Shown piece by piece: positions 21,706 through 29,855 of a DNA stretch of 64,000 bases. The notes beneath the pieces are model-generated. The model ran no database searches, had not been told where the DNA came from, and was given only the letters and a program-made list of their open reading frames with translations. Source of the DNA: Candidatus Saccharimonadota bacterium. GTDB lineage: Bacteria > Patescibacteriota > Saccharimonadia > Saccharimonadales > HK-STAS-PATE-42. Position 1 is the first letter of the stretch, and each line of letters starts with the position of its first letter. The stretch is taken from the NCBI GenBank assembly GCA_036826375.1, contig DAISWL010000002.1, positions 37,157 through 101,156 of the forward strand. Direction: 5' to 3'. A program made the position numbers and the translations under genes.

Positions 21706-23748
21706 ATGTTAAGTCTAGGTTCCGATATTACCGAAGTAAGTGGCGTTGGAGCGGGCATCCAGCTTAAGCTTAATCGTTTAGGCATATTTAAAGTTAGGGA
21801 TCTAATCAACCATTTGCCTTTTCGTTTTGAAGATTACAGTAAGCTAACAAAAATCGGGGAGCTGGGATCTGGCCAACAAACTATAAAAGCGAAAATTAAA
21901 ACTGTTTCTGCTCGTCGTGCTAAAACTAGAGGTACCCACATCACAGAAGTTGTTGTTGAAGATGCCACCGGATCGGTTAAAATAGTTTGGTTCAACCAGC
22001 CTTGGCGCGTAAAAAGTTTAAAATCTGGGCCAGAATATTTTTTTAGTGGTGATTTCGGGTTCCACTACAGTTATCCATCGATGATGAATCCTAGCGTTGA
22101 GTTGGTCAGTGATTTCAATACTAATACTGCTAGAATCTTACCGATATACCGACAAACCAAGGGTTTAAATTCAAAAATGATCAGAAAATTTCATGGCGAG
22201 ATTAAGCATCTTTATGCTGAAATTGAAGACGATTTGCCCCTAGAAGTGATTAAGCTTAATAACTTATTAAACTTAAGCCAAGCTATTGAAAAATTGCACT
22301 GGCCACAAAGTTCTGAAGATATTAAAATCGCCGAGCTAAGATTCAGTTTTGAAGAGTTGTTCGAGTTGATGATGGCATCTTATTTAAATAAACAAGAAAA
22401 TTTGAAGCTAAAAGCGCCTAAACTTAAGTTTGATTTAGAGCTCACTAAAAAGATGCTCGCCGAGCTACCTTTTGAATTAACAGATGATCAGAAAAAAGCT
22501 AGTTGGGCGGTGATGCAAAATCAGCAACAAACTGAACCGATGAACCGCCTAGTTCAAGGTGATGTAGGTAGCGGTAAAACTATCGTGGCGCTACTTTCCG
22601 CACTACAATGTTTGAATAGTGGCTATCAGTGCGCGGTGATTGCCCCAACCGAAATTTTAGCATCTCAGCATTTTAAGTTTTTTGAATCGGAGCTAGAAAA
22701 ATTTAAATTTAAAGCCTTAAGCTTAACATCTTCAACCCAAAAAGCTGAGCGTGAACAAATATCTAAAATTATTGAATCAGACCAGCCGGTTTGTATAGTG
22801 GGAACTCATGCTCTGATCCAGAAAAATGTTAAGTTTAGCAAATTAGGTTTAATTGTTATTGATGAGCAACATCGATTTGGAGTTCGCCAACGTCAAGCTA
22901 TGCAAAAAAATCATCAAGCGGATTTCTCCCCGCACGTACTAAGCTTAAGTGCTACACCGATTCCGAGAAGTATGATGTTAACCGTTTACGGGGAACTAGA
23001 TGTTTCTATAATCGAACAAATGCCACTAGGGCGAAAACCAGTTAAAACCGAGATTTTACCATCTAGTGGCAGAATTGAACTTTATAAAAAATTGGAGCCT
23101 GAAATCAAAGCTGGCAATCAAATGTTTGTTATTTGCCCTAGAATTGAAGCGGATGATGAAGCCGACGATGAACCGAGGAGCGTTGAAACGCAGATGGAAA
23201 ATCTACAGAAGAGTAGTTTAGCTAAATTCAGAATTGAAGCCGTTCACGGTAAAATGAAACCGGCAGAAAAAGAGGAAATCATCCTTAAGTTTAGTCGCGG
23301 AGAAATAGACATTCTAGTAGCCACTACGGTGGTTGAAGTTGGAGTCGACATCTCAAATGCAAACTTGATGATTATTGAATCTGCTGAAAATTTTGGGTTA
23401 GCTCAGCTACATCAACTAAGAGGTCGCATTGGGCGAAATCAAGATCAAGCCTACTGCTACGGTATATCCTCCACCGATGGCGCAATGCCAACTCGACTCC
23501 GCTATTTCGCTAGAGAAAACAGTGGATTCAAACTTGCAGAATACGATCTTAAACTTAGAGGCCCGGGCAGGATGTTCAGCGAAATGCAAAGTGGCAATTT
23601 CAGCTTTAAGTTTACTGACCCATCTGATTTGAAAACTATCAATAAGGTCAGAGATTCTATCAAACTAATAGAATCTGAAAAAATTAAACTTAATCAAAAA
23701 CTGCTGGCTAAGATTAATGATTTACGTCGAGTGAGCATCTTGAATTAA
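21706..23748 (+). CDS. recG: ATP-dependent DNA helicase RecG
   Basis: 680 aa; wedge/OB N-terminus, helicase motifs GDVGSGKT and DEQHRFGV, and a TRG-like region. Confidence 0.9.
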   Translation: MLSLGSDITEVSGVGAGIQLKLNRLGIFKVRDLINHLPFRFEDYSKLTKIGELGSGQQTIKAKIKTVSARRAKTRGTHITEVVVEDATGSVKIVWFNQPWRVKSLKSGPEYFFSGDFGFHYSYPSMMNPSVELVSDFNTNTARILPIYRQTKGLNSKMIRKFHGEIKHLYAEIEDDLPLEVIKLNNLLNLSQAIEKLHWPQSSEDIKIAELRFSFEELFELMMASYLNKQENLKLKAPKLKFDLELTKKMLAELPFELTDDQKKASWAVMQNQQQTEPMNRLVQGDVGSGKTIVALLSALQCLNSGYQCAVIAPTEILASQHFKFFESELEKFKFKALSLTSSTQKAEREQISKIIESDQPVCIVGTHALIQKNVKFSKLGLIVIDEQHRFGVRQRQAMQKNHQADFSPHVLSLSATPIPRSMMLTVYGELDVSIIEQMPLGRKPVKTEILPSSGRIELYKKLEPEIKAGNQMFVICPRIEADDEADDEPRSVETQMENLQKSSLAKFRIEAVHGKMKPAEKEEIILKFSRGEIDILVATTVVEVGVDISNANLMIIESAENFGLAQLHQLRGRIGRNQDQAYCYGISSTDGAMPTRLRYFARENSGFKLAEYDLKLRGPGRMFSEMQSGNFSFKFTDPSDLKTINKVRDSIKLIESEKIKLNQKLLAKINDLRRVSILN

Positions 23749-23774
23749 AATATTGTATAATGATTAACAGGTGT

Positions 23775-23864
23775 GCGGTGGTGGCGGAATTGGTAGACGC
23801 GCTAGCTTGAGGGGCTAGTGTCCGATTTTAGGACGTGGAGGTTCAAGTCCTCTTCACCGCACCA
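23775..23864 (+). tRNA. tRNA-Leu (anticodon GAG), class II with long variable arm, CCA encoded
   Basis: Near-identical architecture to E. coli tRNA-Leu. 7-bp acceptor GCGGTGG/TCACCGC, anticodon arm CTAGC-TTGAGGG-GCTAG, T-arm GGAGGTTCAAGTCCTCT. Confidence 0.9.
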
Positions 23865-23877
23865 AAAGAACTTAGAT

Positions 23878-24396
23878 ATGTTTACGATGATAACTAAGCA
23901 CCATAATTACGACACTGGCTATATTAGCCTTGTGAATTTAGAGTTGGGGGATCTCCCAAAGACAATTAAGTTTAAAGGTAATAATTTGTTATTAAAGAAT
24001 GAGTTTCATATTTCGATAATGGCTATAAAAAATCTAGCTCCAATGCTAAATTCTAATAACTTAGAGCTTGCTAGCGAACAACTCAAACAAGATTTTATTA
24101 ACTTTGCAGCATCTCATGATTTAATAAACTTCAGACCTACTGGTCATTTTAGAATCGTAACCCGTGATGACCGAATCTCAATTATCGCTATGGTGCAATT
24201 ACGAAATATTGATAAGTTATACAGCTATCTAAGAGCAAAATACGATGTAGATTTTCCTACCCAGCCTACCCACATAACTATGTATACTCTTCAGCCTGAA
24301 GCTGGAATAGGGATTTTATCTGAGGAAGAGCTTGAAAGAGACAGTATCAATGCGGATATACCGGAACTTAATGGGCTAAGGATTGTGAGTAGTTAA
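23878..24396 (+). CDS. 2H phosphoesterase superfamily protein (LigT/ThpR-like 2',3'-cyclic phosphodiesterase)
   Basis: Track ORF trimmed because its start lies inside the tRNA. 172 aa from ATG 23878; two H-x-S/T-x motifs in hydrophobic context (FHISIM at His44, THITMY at His132), spaced ~88 aa as in LigT. Confidence 0.5.
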   Translation: MFTMITKHHNYDTGYISLVNLELGDLPKTIKFKGNNLLLKNEFHISIMAIKNLAPMLNSNNLELASEQLKQDFINFAASHDLINFRPTGHFRIVTRDDRISIIAMVQLRNIDKLYSYLRAKYDVDFPTQPTHITMYTLQPEAGIGILSEEELERDSINADIPELNGLRIVSS

Positions 24397-24397
24397 T

Positions 24398-25015
24398 ATG
24401 GCTAAAGAAATTGAAGTAAAATTTTTAAATATTGATCACGAAGAGATGCGTGCTAAGCTTAAGGCACTGGGCGCTAAGCTTAAATCTCCAAAAACACTTT
24501 ATAAAAGAATTAATCTAGATTTTAAAGATAATTCACTCCATAAACTGGGTAGCTGGGTTAGGTTGAGAGATGAGGGAGATAAAATCACCCTTACACATAA
24601 AATTCACAGTAAAGATCAAAAAGATCAATTAAAAATTGAAGAATTTGAAATCACCGTTAATAGCTTCGATCATGCAGTTAGTTTTTTGGAATCTATCAAT
24701 ATGAAAGTTAAAACCTACCAAGAAAATTACAGAGAAAACTGGAGCCTAAAAACCCAATCTGGTTTGGTAGAAGTGGCGCTAGATCAATGGCCTCACGTTA
24801 GGCCTCATATTGAAATAGAGTTGGAATCTGGGGATGAAAAATCTCTGGAAGAAGCCTGCCAAATGTTAAACTTAAATTTCACTCAAGCCATTAATGATGA
24901 CATCTGCCCGGTATACATGGCTGAGTATGACATATCTGAAAGATCTCAACTGTACGATTTAGAAGGTGGCTTCAGGTTCAATTCGCCGATTAAGCTTAAC
25001 AGGAAATTAACCTAA
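24398..25015 (+). CDS. CYTH-domain protein (triphosphate tunnel metalloenzyme; CyaB/ThTPase-like)
   Basis: 205 aa; N-terminal EIEVKF (ExExK) and C-terminal HIEIELESGDE (ExExE) signature motifs. Starts 2 nt after the upstream gene. Confidence 0.65.
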   Translation: MAKEIEVKFLNIDHEEMRAKLKALGAKLKSPKTLYKRINLDFKDNSLHKLGSWVRLRDEGDKITLTHKIHSKDQKDQLKIEEFEITVNSFDHAVSFLESINMKVKTYQENYRENWSLKTQSGLVEVALDQWPHVRPHIEIELESGDEKSLEEACQMLNLNFTQAINDDICPVYMAEYDISERSQLYDLEGGFRFNSPIKLNRKLT

Positions 25016-25165
25016 ATGACGACAAAAGCTCAAAATATTTATCGCTCAGATGATACAATTCATAATTATCGAAGTTACTACAAAAAGGCTAAGCCATCTG
25101 AAAATTACGGGAAACAGCTTCTCTTATGATTTTTGGGATATGAAAAAAGTTCAAAAGCATTTGGT
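25016..25165 (+). pseudogene. 5' remnant of a second copy of the HIT-family gene found intact at 29391-29822 (internal ~70-nt deletion, premature stop)
   Basis: Direct sequence comparison. 25016-25060 and 25128-25164 are near-identical to 29391-29435 and 29572-29607. Translation MTTKAQNIYRSDDTIHNYRSYYKKAKPSENYGKQLLL* versus MITKAQNIYRSDDNISNYQNYRKKVKPSEN... Confidence 0.55.
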
Positions 25166-25217
25166 ATTGGAAGTTAGAAATTGCTTATAGTTCTCTTAAT
25201 AATGCTATAATCAAAAA

Positions 25218-25308
25218 GTCTAAACAAGCAGCTAAAACTAGCATAAAGAGCCCTTTTAGGGCACTCACTAAGGTTTTAGTTCTTTAACTAGGGCTGTTTG
25301 TTTAGACG
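25218..25308. repeat. nested inverted-repeat element (outer 15-bp arms GTCTAAACAAGCAGC / GCTGTTTGTTTAGAC; inner CTAAAAC...GTTTTAG and GCCC-TTTTA-GGGC hairpins)
   Basis: Seen directly. Sits between the HIT-gene remnant and the first cargo gene of the insertion. Confidence 0.4.
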
Positions 25309-25384
25309 CAAATAAGTGGGTGTCCTTTTTAGTTACAGATACCTACTAAACACTAAACAATTAAACAAATGGAGGTATCTATTT

Positions 25385-26080
25385 ATGGATGCAAACTCAA
25401 ATAAAGCCCCTCAGCAAGGCAATAACACATTAGCAATACTATCTTTAGTATTTAGCTTTCTATTTGCCCCAATGGGCTTAATTTTAGGAATTATTGCCCT
25501 AGCAAAGAAACAAAGTAAAGGCTTGGCAATATCAGGTATAGTAATATCATCACTGGGCTTACTATTCTTCATATCAATTATAGGCGCTGGATCCAAGGCA
25601 GTTAACGACGTTAGCAAGGAGATTAATGATGGCGCTAGTAGTTCTTCTTCAAAGTCATCAAGTAAAAACCAAGCCCCTGCTGGTAAGGTTGGTGAACCGG
25701 TTAGGGACGGTAAGTTCGAGTTTACAGTTTTATCCCAAGAATGTGGCATAACCAAAGTAGGTAATGAATACCTTAACAAAACAGCCCAGGGTCAATACTG
25801 TAAAGTTAATATCAAAGTTAAGAACATAGGGGACAAACCTCAATCCTTATTTTCAAGCAGCCAAAAGCTATTTAGCTCAGACAACAAAGAATTCTCAACC
25901 GACGATTCAGCTATGATTTACGATAGCTCAAACAGCCAGAGTGTTTGGCTAAATGAAATTAATCCAGGTAATGAAGTTACGGGAAACCTAATATTCGATA
26001 TACCAAATGGAGTAACTCCTTCTTCAGTAAAACTTTTTGACTCTGCATTTAGCGGAGGCGTGAGTGTTGGGTTGAACTAG
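25385..26080 (+). CDS. membrane-anchored DUF4190/DUF4352-like protein
   Basis: Start moved to ATG 25385 (GGAGG 10 nt upstream). Hydrophobic DUF4190-like N-terminus (LAILSLVFSFLFAPMGLILGIIALAKK), Ser-rich linker, then a DUF4352-like beta domain (GKFEFTV...YCKVNIKVKNIG...FDIPNGV). Confidence 0.55.
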   Translation: MDANSNKAPQQGNNTLAILSLVFSFLFAPMGLILGIIALAKKQSKGLAISGIVISSLGLLFFISIIGAGSKAVNDVSKEINDGASSSSSKSSSKNQAPAGKVGEPVRDGKFEFTVLSQECGITKVGNEYLNKTAQGQYCKVNIKVKNIGDKPQSLFSSSQKLFSSDNKEFSTDDSAMIYDSSNSQSVWLNEINPGNEVTGNLIFDIPNGVTPSSVKLFDSAFSGGVSVGLN

Positions 26081-26215
26081 GAAAATATATTTTCAGATTT
26101 GCCCTTATAAACACTGGGGGGTTAATGTGCCTCGACTTATAATATAGACGGCTTAGTATTGAGTTCAAGTTGAATAGCTATCTGATAATAAATGTTGTAA
26201 AAAGTAATATTAATG

Positions 26216-26248
26216 TTGACTTTTTATATTTTTAAGTTATGATAATAT
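26216..26248 (+). promoter_or_regulatory. candidate sigma70-type promoter (TTGACT, ~17-19 bp spacer, TGATAATAT)
   Basis: Seen directly, upstream of the high-GC ORF and the methyltransferase gene. The exact -10 placement is ambiguous. Confidence 0.3.
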
Positions 26249-26291
26249 AAGTACACCTCACTTCAGGGGTGTCGTACCGAAAGGAACAGAA

Positions 26292-26507
26292 ATGAGAGTT
26301 GAATCAGACGGAAGCGTGACACTCTGCCATGTCGACCAGAACTGCTGCTGGACGTTGGGCTACAAAGACGGCGTCGTCAGGGTTTCCGACGAACACGGGA
26401 ACACCATCCTGGGGACCCCAGCTGAGTTCGGCTCCTTCCTCGCGGAAGCGGCAGGGGCAGCCAACCATCTCGGGATCCCCGAGATGGCAACTGCCGCCTC
26501 CTCCTGA
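26292..26507 (+). CDS. small high-GC ORF, DUF397-like (actinobacterial-type)
   Basis: 71 aa. Residues ~30-65 (VVRVSDEHGNTILGTPAEFGSFLAEAAGA) resemble the DUF397 core (V.VRDSK.P.GP.L.FT..EW.AFLAG) recalled from Streptomyces proteins. Codons are GC3-rich, unlike all neighbours. Confidence 0.35.
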   Translation: MRVESDGSVTLCHVDQNCCWTLGYKDGVVRVSDEHGNTILGTPAEFGSFLAEAAGAANHLGIPEMATAASS

Positions 26508-26679
26508 GTCGGCGCGGGTTCGTTGGGGGTGGTGTAGCTAGTCTGCACCGCCCCTAACGGCGAATTTTATACTTTCTGTACTGAGAGAAATGAGTTGTAG
26601 CTTGATAGGCTCCTTATTTCTCTCAATCGTTTTGAATTTATTAAATCTTATTAATTAAAGAGATGAGATCTATCGGATT

Positions 26680-27282
26680 ATGCATTTGCATGAAGTAGCC
26701 AGGGCAAGCGATGCTGTAGAGCTAAATACAGCTTTGGCCACCCCAGATACAGATTCTGACTTAGGGCTATACCTCAGACTATTAGGTGTAGATGCTGGTG
26801 AATTAGGGAGCCCAATACTAGATTTAGGCTCAAGTAAAACCCTTACATTTGCTACTGAAATGGCTAAATTGGGTAAGAGGGTTATATCACTAAGCCCAAA
26901 ATATATAATAGATAGTGAAAGACCCAGATTACCCCTAACACACAAGGGATTAACTGAACCTCTCGGGTTCTGCTTAGCGGCCTTGGCTCAAGAGTTACCG
27001 TTCAGGGATGGCTGTTTTGAAACAGTTGTGGCTGTGGGCTCTATACCTATGTACCTGCCCCGCAAAGCATATAAGGGCACACTAGAAGAAGTTATTAGAG
27101 TCACAAAACCACGAGGCAGCGCTTTCATTGGACCTATTTATGAGTTCTCGGAATCTAACTTTTCAGAAAGACTGTTTTTTGAAGCAATTAAAGGCGTTAA
27201 AGGCGCTGATATATCAATAGTAGATATGAAATCTCAAGGAGGAACTTCCTACAAGATCTTGAGGGTGAATAAATTCCAATAA
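26680..27282 (+). CDS. class I SAM-dependent methyltransferase
   Basis: 200 aa; motif I ILDLGSS, motif II-like KRVISLSP, post-I acidic loop, RVTKPRGSAFIG resembling the RVLKPGG block of Methyltransf_11/25-type enzymes. Confidence 0.6.
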   Translation: MHLHEVARASDAVELNTALATPDTDSDLGLYLRLLGVDAGELGSPILDLGSSKTLTFATEMAKLGKRVISLSPKYIIDSERPRLPLTHKGLTEPLGFCLAALAQELPFRDGCFETVVAVGSIPMYLPRKAYKGTLEEVIRVTKPRGSAFIGPIYEFSESNFSERLFFEAIKGVKGADISIVDMKSQGGTSYKILRVNKFQ

Positions 27283-27318
27283 TCAGCAGAAGATTAAACT
27301 CTTGCTACACTAAGAACT

Positions 27319-28983
27319 CTAGAGTTGGATAGTTTTGTTGGCGCCAAAAGCTTCTACAAAATCTCTATCGTGACTAATTAGTATAACAGCTCCTTTATAT
27401 CCTTTTAGAGCTTCTTGTAGGCCATCTATAGCCTGTATATCTAAATTATTAGTAGGTTCATCTAAGACTAGCAAATTAGCCTTATTAGCAACGGCCGCTG
27501 CTAATAAAATTCTCATTCTCTCGCCGCCACTAAGTGAACTAACTGGCTGACCCTTGATCTCATTAGGACTTAGCCCGAATCTAGCCATTAAACTATTAGC
27601 CTCTTGGGTGTCTACATCTGGAGCAATATTAATCAGGTTACGCATAGCGTCTTCAGACGGACTAGGCAATGATTGCTGCTGATCTATATAAACAACTCTC
27701 GCACTAGCAGATAGTCTTACATCACCAGACACGGCCAAGCCTTCAGGAATAGTTGTAAGGGGTAGCATTCCTTTTAGTAAGCTGGTTTTGCCAGAGCCGT
27801 TGGAGCCAGCTATTAACATTCTATCGCCTGGAGCTAGGTGAAAACCAAATGGTCCTATATCTAGACTGCTTTCCATTGTGGACGCAGCAGCTCTTCTGAC
27901 CTTAAGCTCGTTAGCTTCTAAAATGCTAGTTCCTAATTCTGCGCTGGGAATATCGAAGTCTAGCTTGGGCAGCTCCGCCAATGTCAGTCTTGGTTTGCGC
28001 GCTCTCATCTGTTCCAATCTGGAATCTAGAGCCCTTATCTTGGCTGATGAGCTGGTACCTGCTCTCTCTGCTTTAAAGTTGTGAGCAGATTTGTCGTTAT
28101 CACGTGGGCCTCTCCTCGATCTAGCTGCCGAACTAGATTGACGACTTCTCAACTGTCTGGTAGATTTCTCTAGCCTAGAGATTTTCCTTTCATGTTCCAC
28201 CAATTCATCTTCCTCCAATCTTAAATCTCTATCCCTTAAACTCAGGTATTCTTCATAGCTAGTATTGTAGTGCCTAATACCTCCTGAGTTAGCAGATACC
28301 TCCAGAATACTGGTTGCTACATTTCTCAGAAATCTTCTATCATGGGTAGCGACCAAGAAAGCCTTACTACCACTGGATGCAGCAGACCTAACATAATCCT
28401 CTAGAAGTTCAGCTCCTACTGAATCTAAATTATTTGTAGGCTCATCCAACAATACAATGTCGTATACATTTGCAAATATTGTAGATAGTACGATTCTCGA
28501 TACCTGCCCCCCAGATAGTCGTCTCATTGGCCTATCGATAGTTATATCAGACATGCCCATATCAGATAAAAACCTTAAAACATTTGCCTGCATGACTGCG
28601 GAATCGAACCTAGCTAACCTTTCTGCCGTGTCACATAGTGCTTGAAGATTCTCAGCAGTTTGAAATCTGGTATATGCATCACTGGCTCTATCGTATTCTA
28701 ATTCAGCCAGTTCAACTCCACTGACCCTATTGATATATTCCCCCACGGTAAGGGTGGTACTGACGTTCTGAGGGACGTTACCAATATCAACATGCCCTGT
28801 AGTAGATACTCTACCTGATGAGGGCTCCAGCGAACCTCCTATTAAATTAAGCAAAGTCGTCTTACCTGAGCCGTTTGGGCCTACAAGCCCCGCAACATCA
28901 CCTCTGTTTATGGAAAAACTAACGTCTTCAAGGACGAGTCGACCACGGTCAGTTTCATAACTTATATCATCAACTTTCAACAT
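27319..28983 (-). CDS. ABC-F family ATPase with two ABC domains, no TMD and a long Arg/Lys-rich inter-domain linker (ARE-type/ribosome-associated)
   Basis: 554 aa; Walker A GPNGSGKTT and GSNGSGKTS, signatures LSGGQVSR and LSGGERMR, and a ~100-aa linker rich in R/K/S. Confidence 0.85.
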   Translation of the reverse strand: MLKVDDISYETDRGRLVLEDVSFSINRGDVAGLVGPNGSGKTTLLNLIGGSLEPSSGRVSTTGHVDIGNVPQNVSTTLTVGEYINRVSGVELAELEYDRASDAYTRFQTAENLQALCDTAERLARFDSAVMQANVLRFLSDMGMSDITIDRPMRRLSGGQVSRIVLSTIFANVYDIVLLDEPTNNLDSVGAELLEDYVRSAASSGSKAFLVATHDRRFLRNVATSILEVSANSGGIRHYNTSYEEYLSLRDRDLRLEEDELVEHERKISRLEKSTRQLRSRQSSSAARSRRGPRDNDKSAHNFKAERAGTSSSAKIRALDSRLEQMRARKPRLTLAELPKLDFDIPSAELGTSILEANELKVRRAAASTMESSLDIGPFGFHLAPGDRMLIAGSNGSGKTSLLKGMLPLTTIPEGLAVSGDVRLSASARVVYIDQQQSLPSPSEDAMRNLINIAPDVDTQEANSLMARFGLSPNEIKGQPVSSLSGGERMRILLAAAVANKANLLVLDEPTNNLDIQAIDGLQEALKGYKGAVILISHDRDFVEAFGANKTIQL

Positions 28984-29110
28984 ACTTTATAATAATAGTA
29001 ACATATTCTCCGATTTGTTCAAGTCGAACGTATTAACTCGCAACCTTTGCATCATAAATCTTAGTTTAGAATCTTAATTTCTAGAGAACACCTCGTCTTA
29101 GACAAAACCG

Positions 29111-29230
29111 CTAGGTTCTAAGGCTAGCGGTGTAAGCCGCTGGACTCATACGTAATGCATTGTGAATACGCTGGTTGCAGTAGTAATAAATATCCTTAGC
29201 AATTGTTTCGTGGGTTAGCTCGCTGCTGTG
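29111..29230 (-). pseudogene. C-terminal remnant (~40 aa) of a DDE transposase (rve integrase-type, IS3-family-like tail)
   Basis: Minus-strand translation ...ETIAKDIYYYCNQRIHNALRMSPAAYTASLRT* matches the conserved IS3/rve C-terminal pattern Y.FYN..R.HS.LGY.SP..Y recalled from memory. No upstream catalytic part is present. Confidence 0.45.
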
Positions 29231-29376
29231 GCGCAGCCCGAAATCTACAATTAAAAGCATCGAGCATCTTCATTTTCACTTGATAAAAACCGAGGATGCT
29301 AAACTTAATATTCTGGTAGAATATTCAGATTAGAACCAACCTCTGGCCTCTAACCTGCTATAATTAAGCTTAATAG
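29229..29376 (+). pseudogene. 3' remnant of the HIT-family gene plus ~45 nt of its downstream region, duplicated immediately upstream of the intact copy
   Basis: ~93% identical to 29719-29866, including ...IEHLHFHLIKTEDAKLNILVEYSD and the downstream TATAAT-containing spacer. It abuts the transposase remnant. Confidence 0.55.
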
Positions 29377-29390
29377 GAGGCCAACTTAGA

Positions 29391-29822
29391 ATGATAACAA
29401 AAGCTCAAAATATTTATCGCTCAGATGATAACATTAGTAATTATCAGAATTATCGTAAAAAAGTTAAGCCATCTGAAAATTGTGTTTTTTGTTCTGATGA
29501 AAAGCCGAGTTTTAATCCTCGAAGCTTAAACTTAAGGCATCTTAGAATTATAGAAAATAGCTTTCCGTACGATTTTTGGGATATGAAAAAAGTTCAAAAG
29601 CATTTGATGATCATCCCACTCAACCACATAGATTGCGTATCCAAACTTAATTCTAACGAGCAAAAAGAGCTAAACTTAGTTATGGCCCATTTTTCTGATG
29701 CTGGCTATGATATTTTTGTTCGCAGCCCGCAATCTACAATTAAAAGTATCGAGCATCTTCATTTTCACTTGATAAAAACCGAGGATGCTAAACTTAATAT
29801 TCTGGTAGAATATTCAGATTAA
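29391..29822 (+). CDS. HIT (histidine triad) family hydrolase
   Basis: 143 aa; C-terminal HLHFHLI matches the H-phi-H-phi-H-phi-phi triad; N-terminal CVFC; AGGAGG 7 nt upstream of the ATG. Confidence 0.6.
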   Translation: MITKAQNIYRSDDNISNYQNYRKKVKPSENCVFCSDEKPSFNPRSLNLRHLRIIENSFPYDFWDMKKVQKHLMIIPLNHIDCVSKLNSNEQKELNLVMAHFSDAGYDIFVRSPQSTIKSIEHLHFHLIKTEDAKLNILVEYSD

Positions 29823-29855
29823 AACCAATCTCCAACCTGGTATAATTAAGTTTAG

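Noticed and set aside
23818-23877. Upstream extension of the 2H-phosphoesterase ORF (MSDFRTWRFKSSSPHQKNLD...)
   Set aside because: This portion overlaps the tRNA-Leu gene; the start was moved to ATG 23878.
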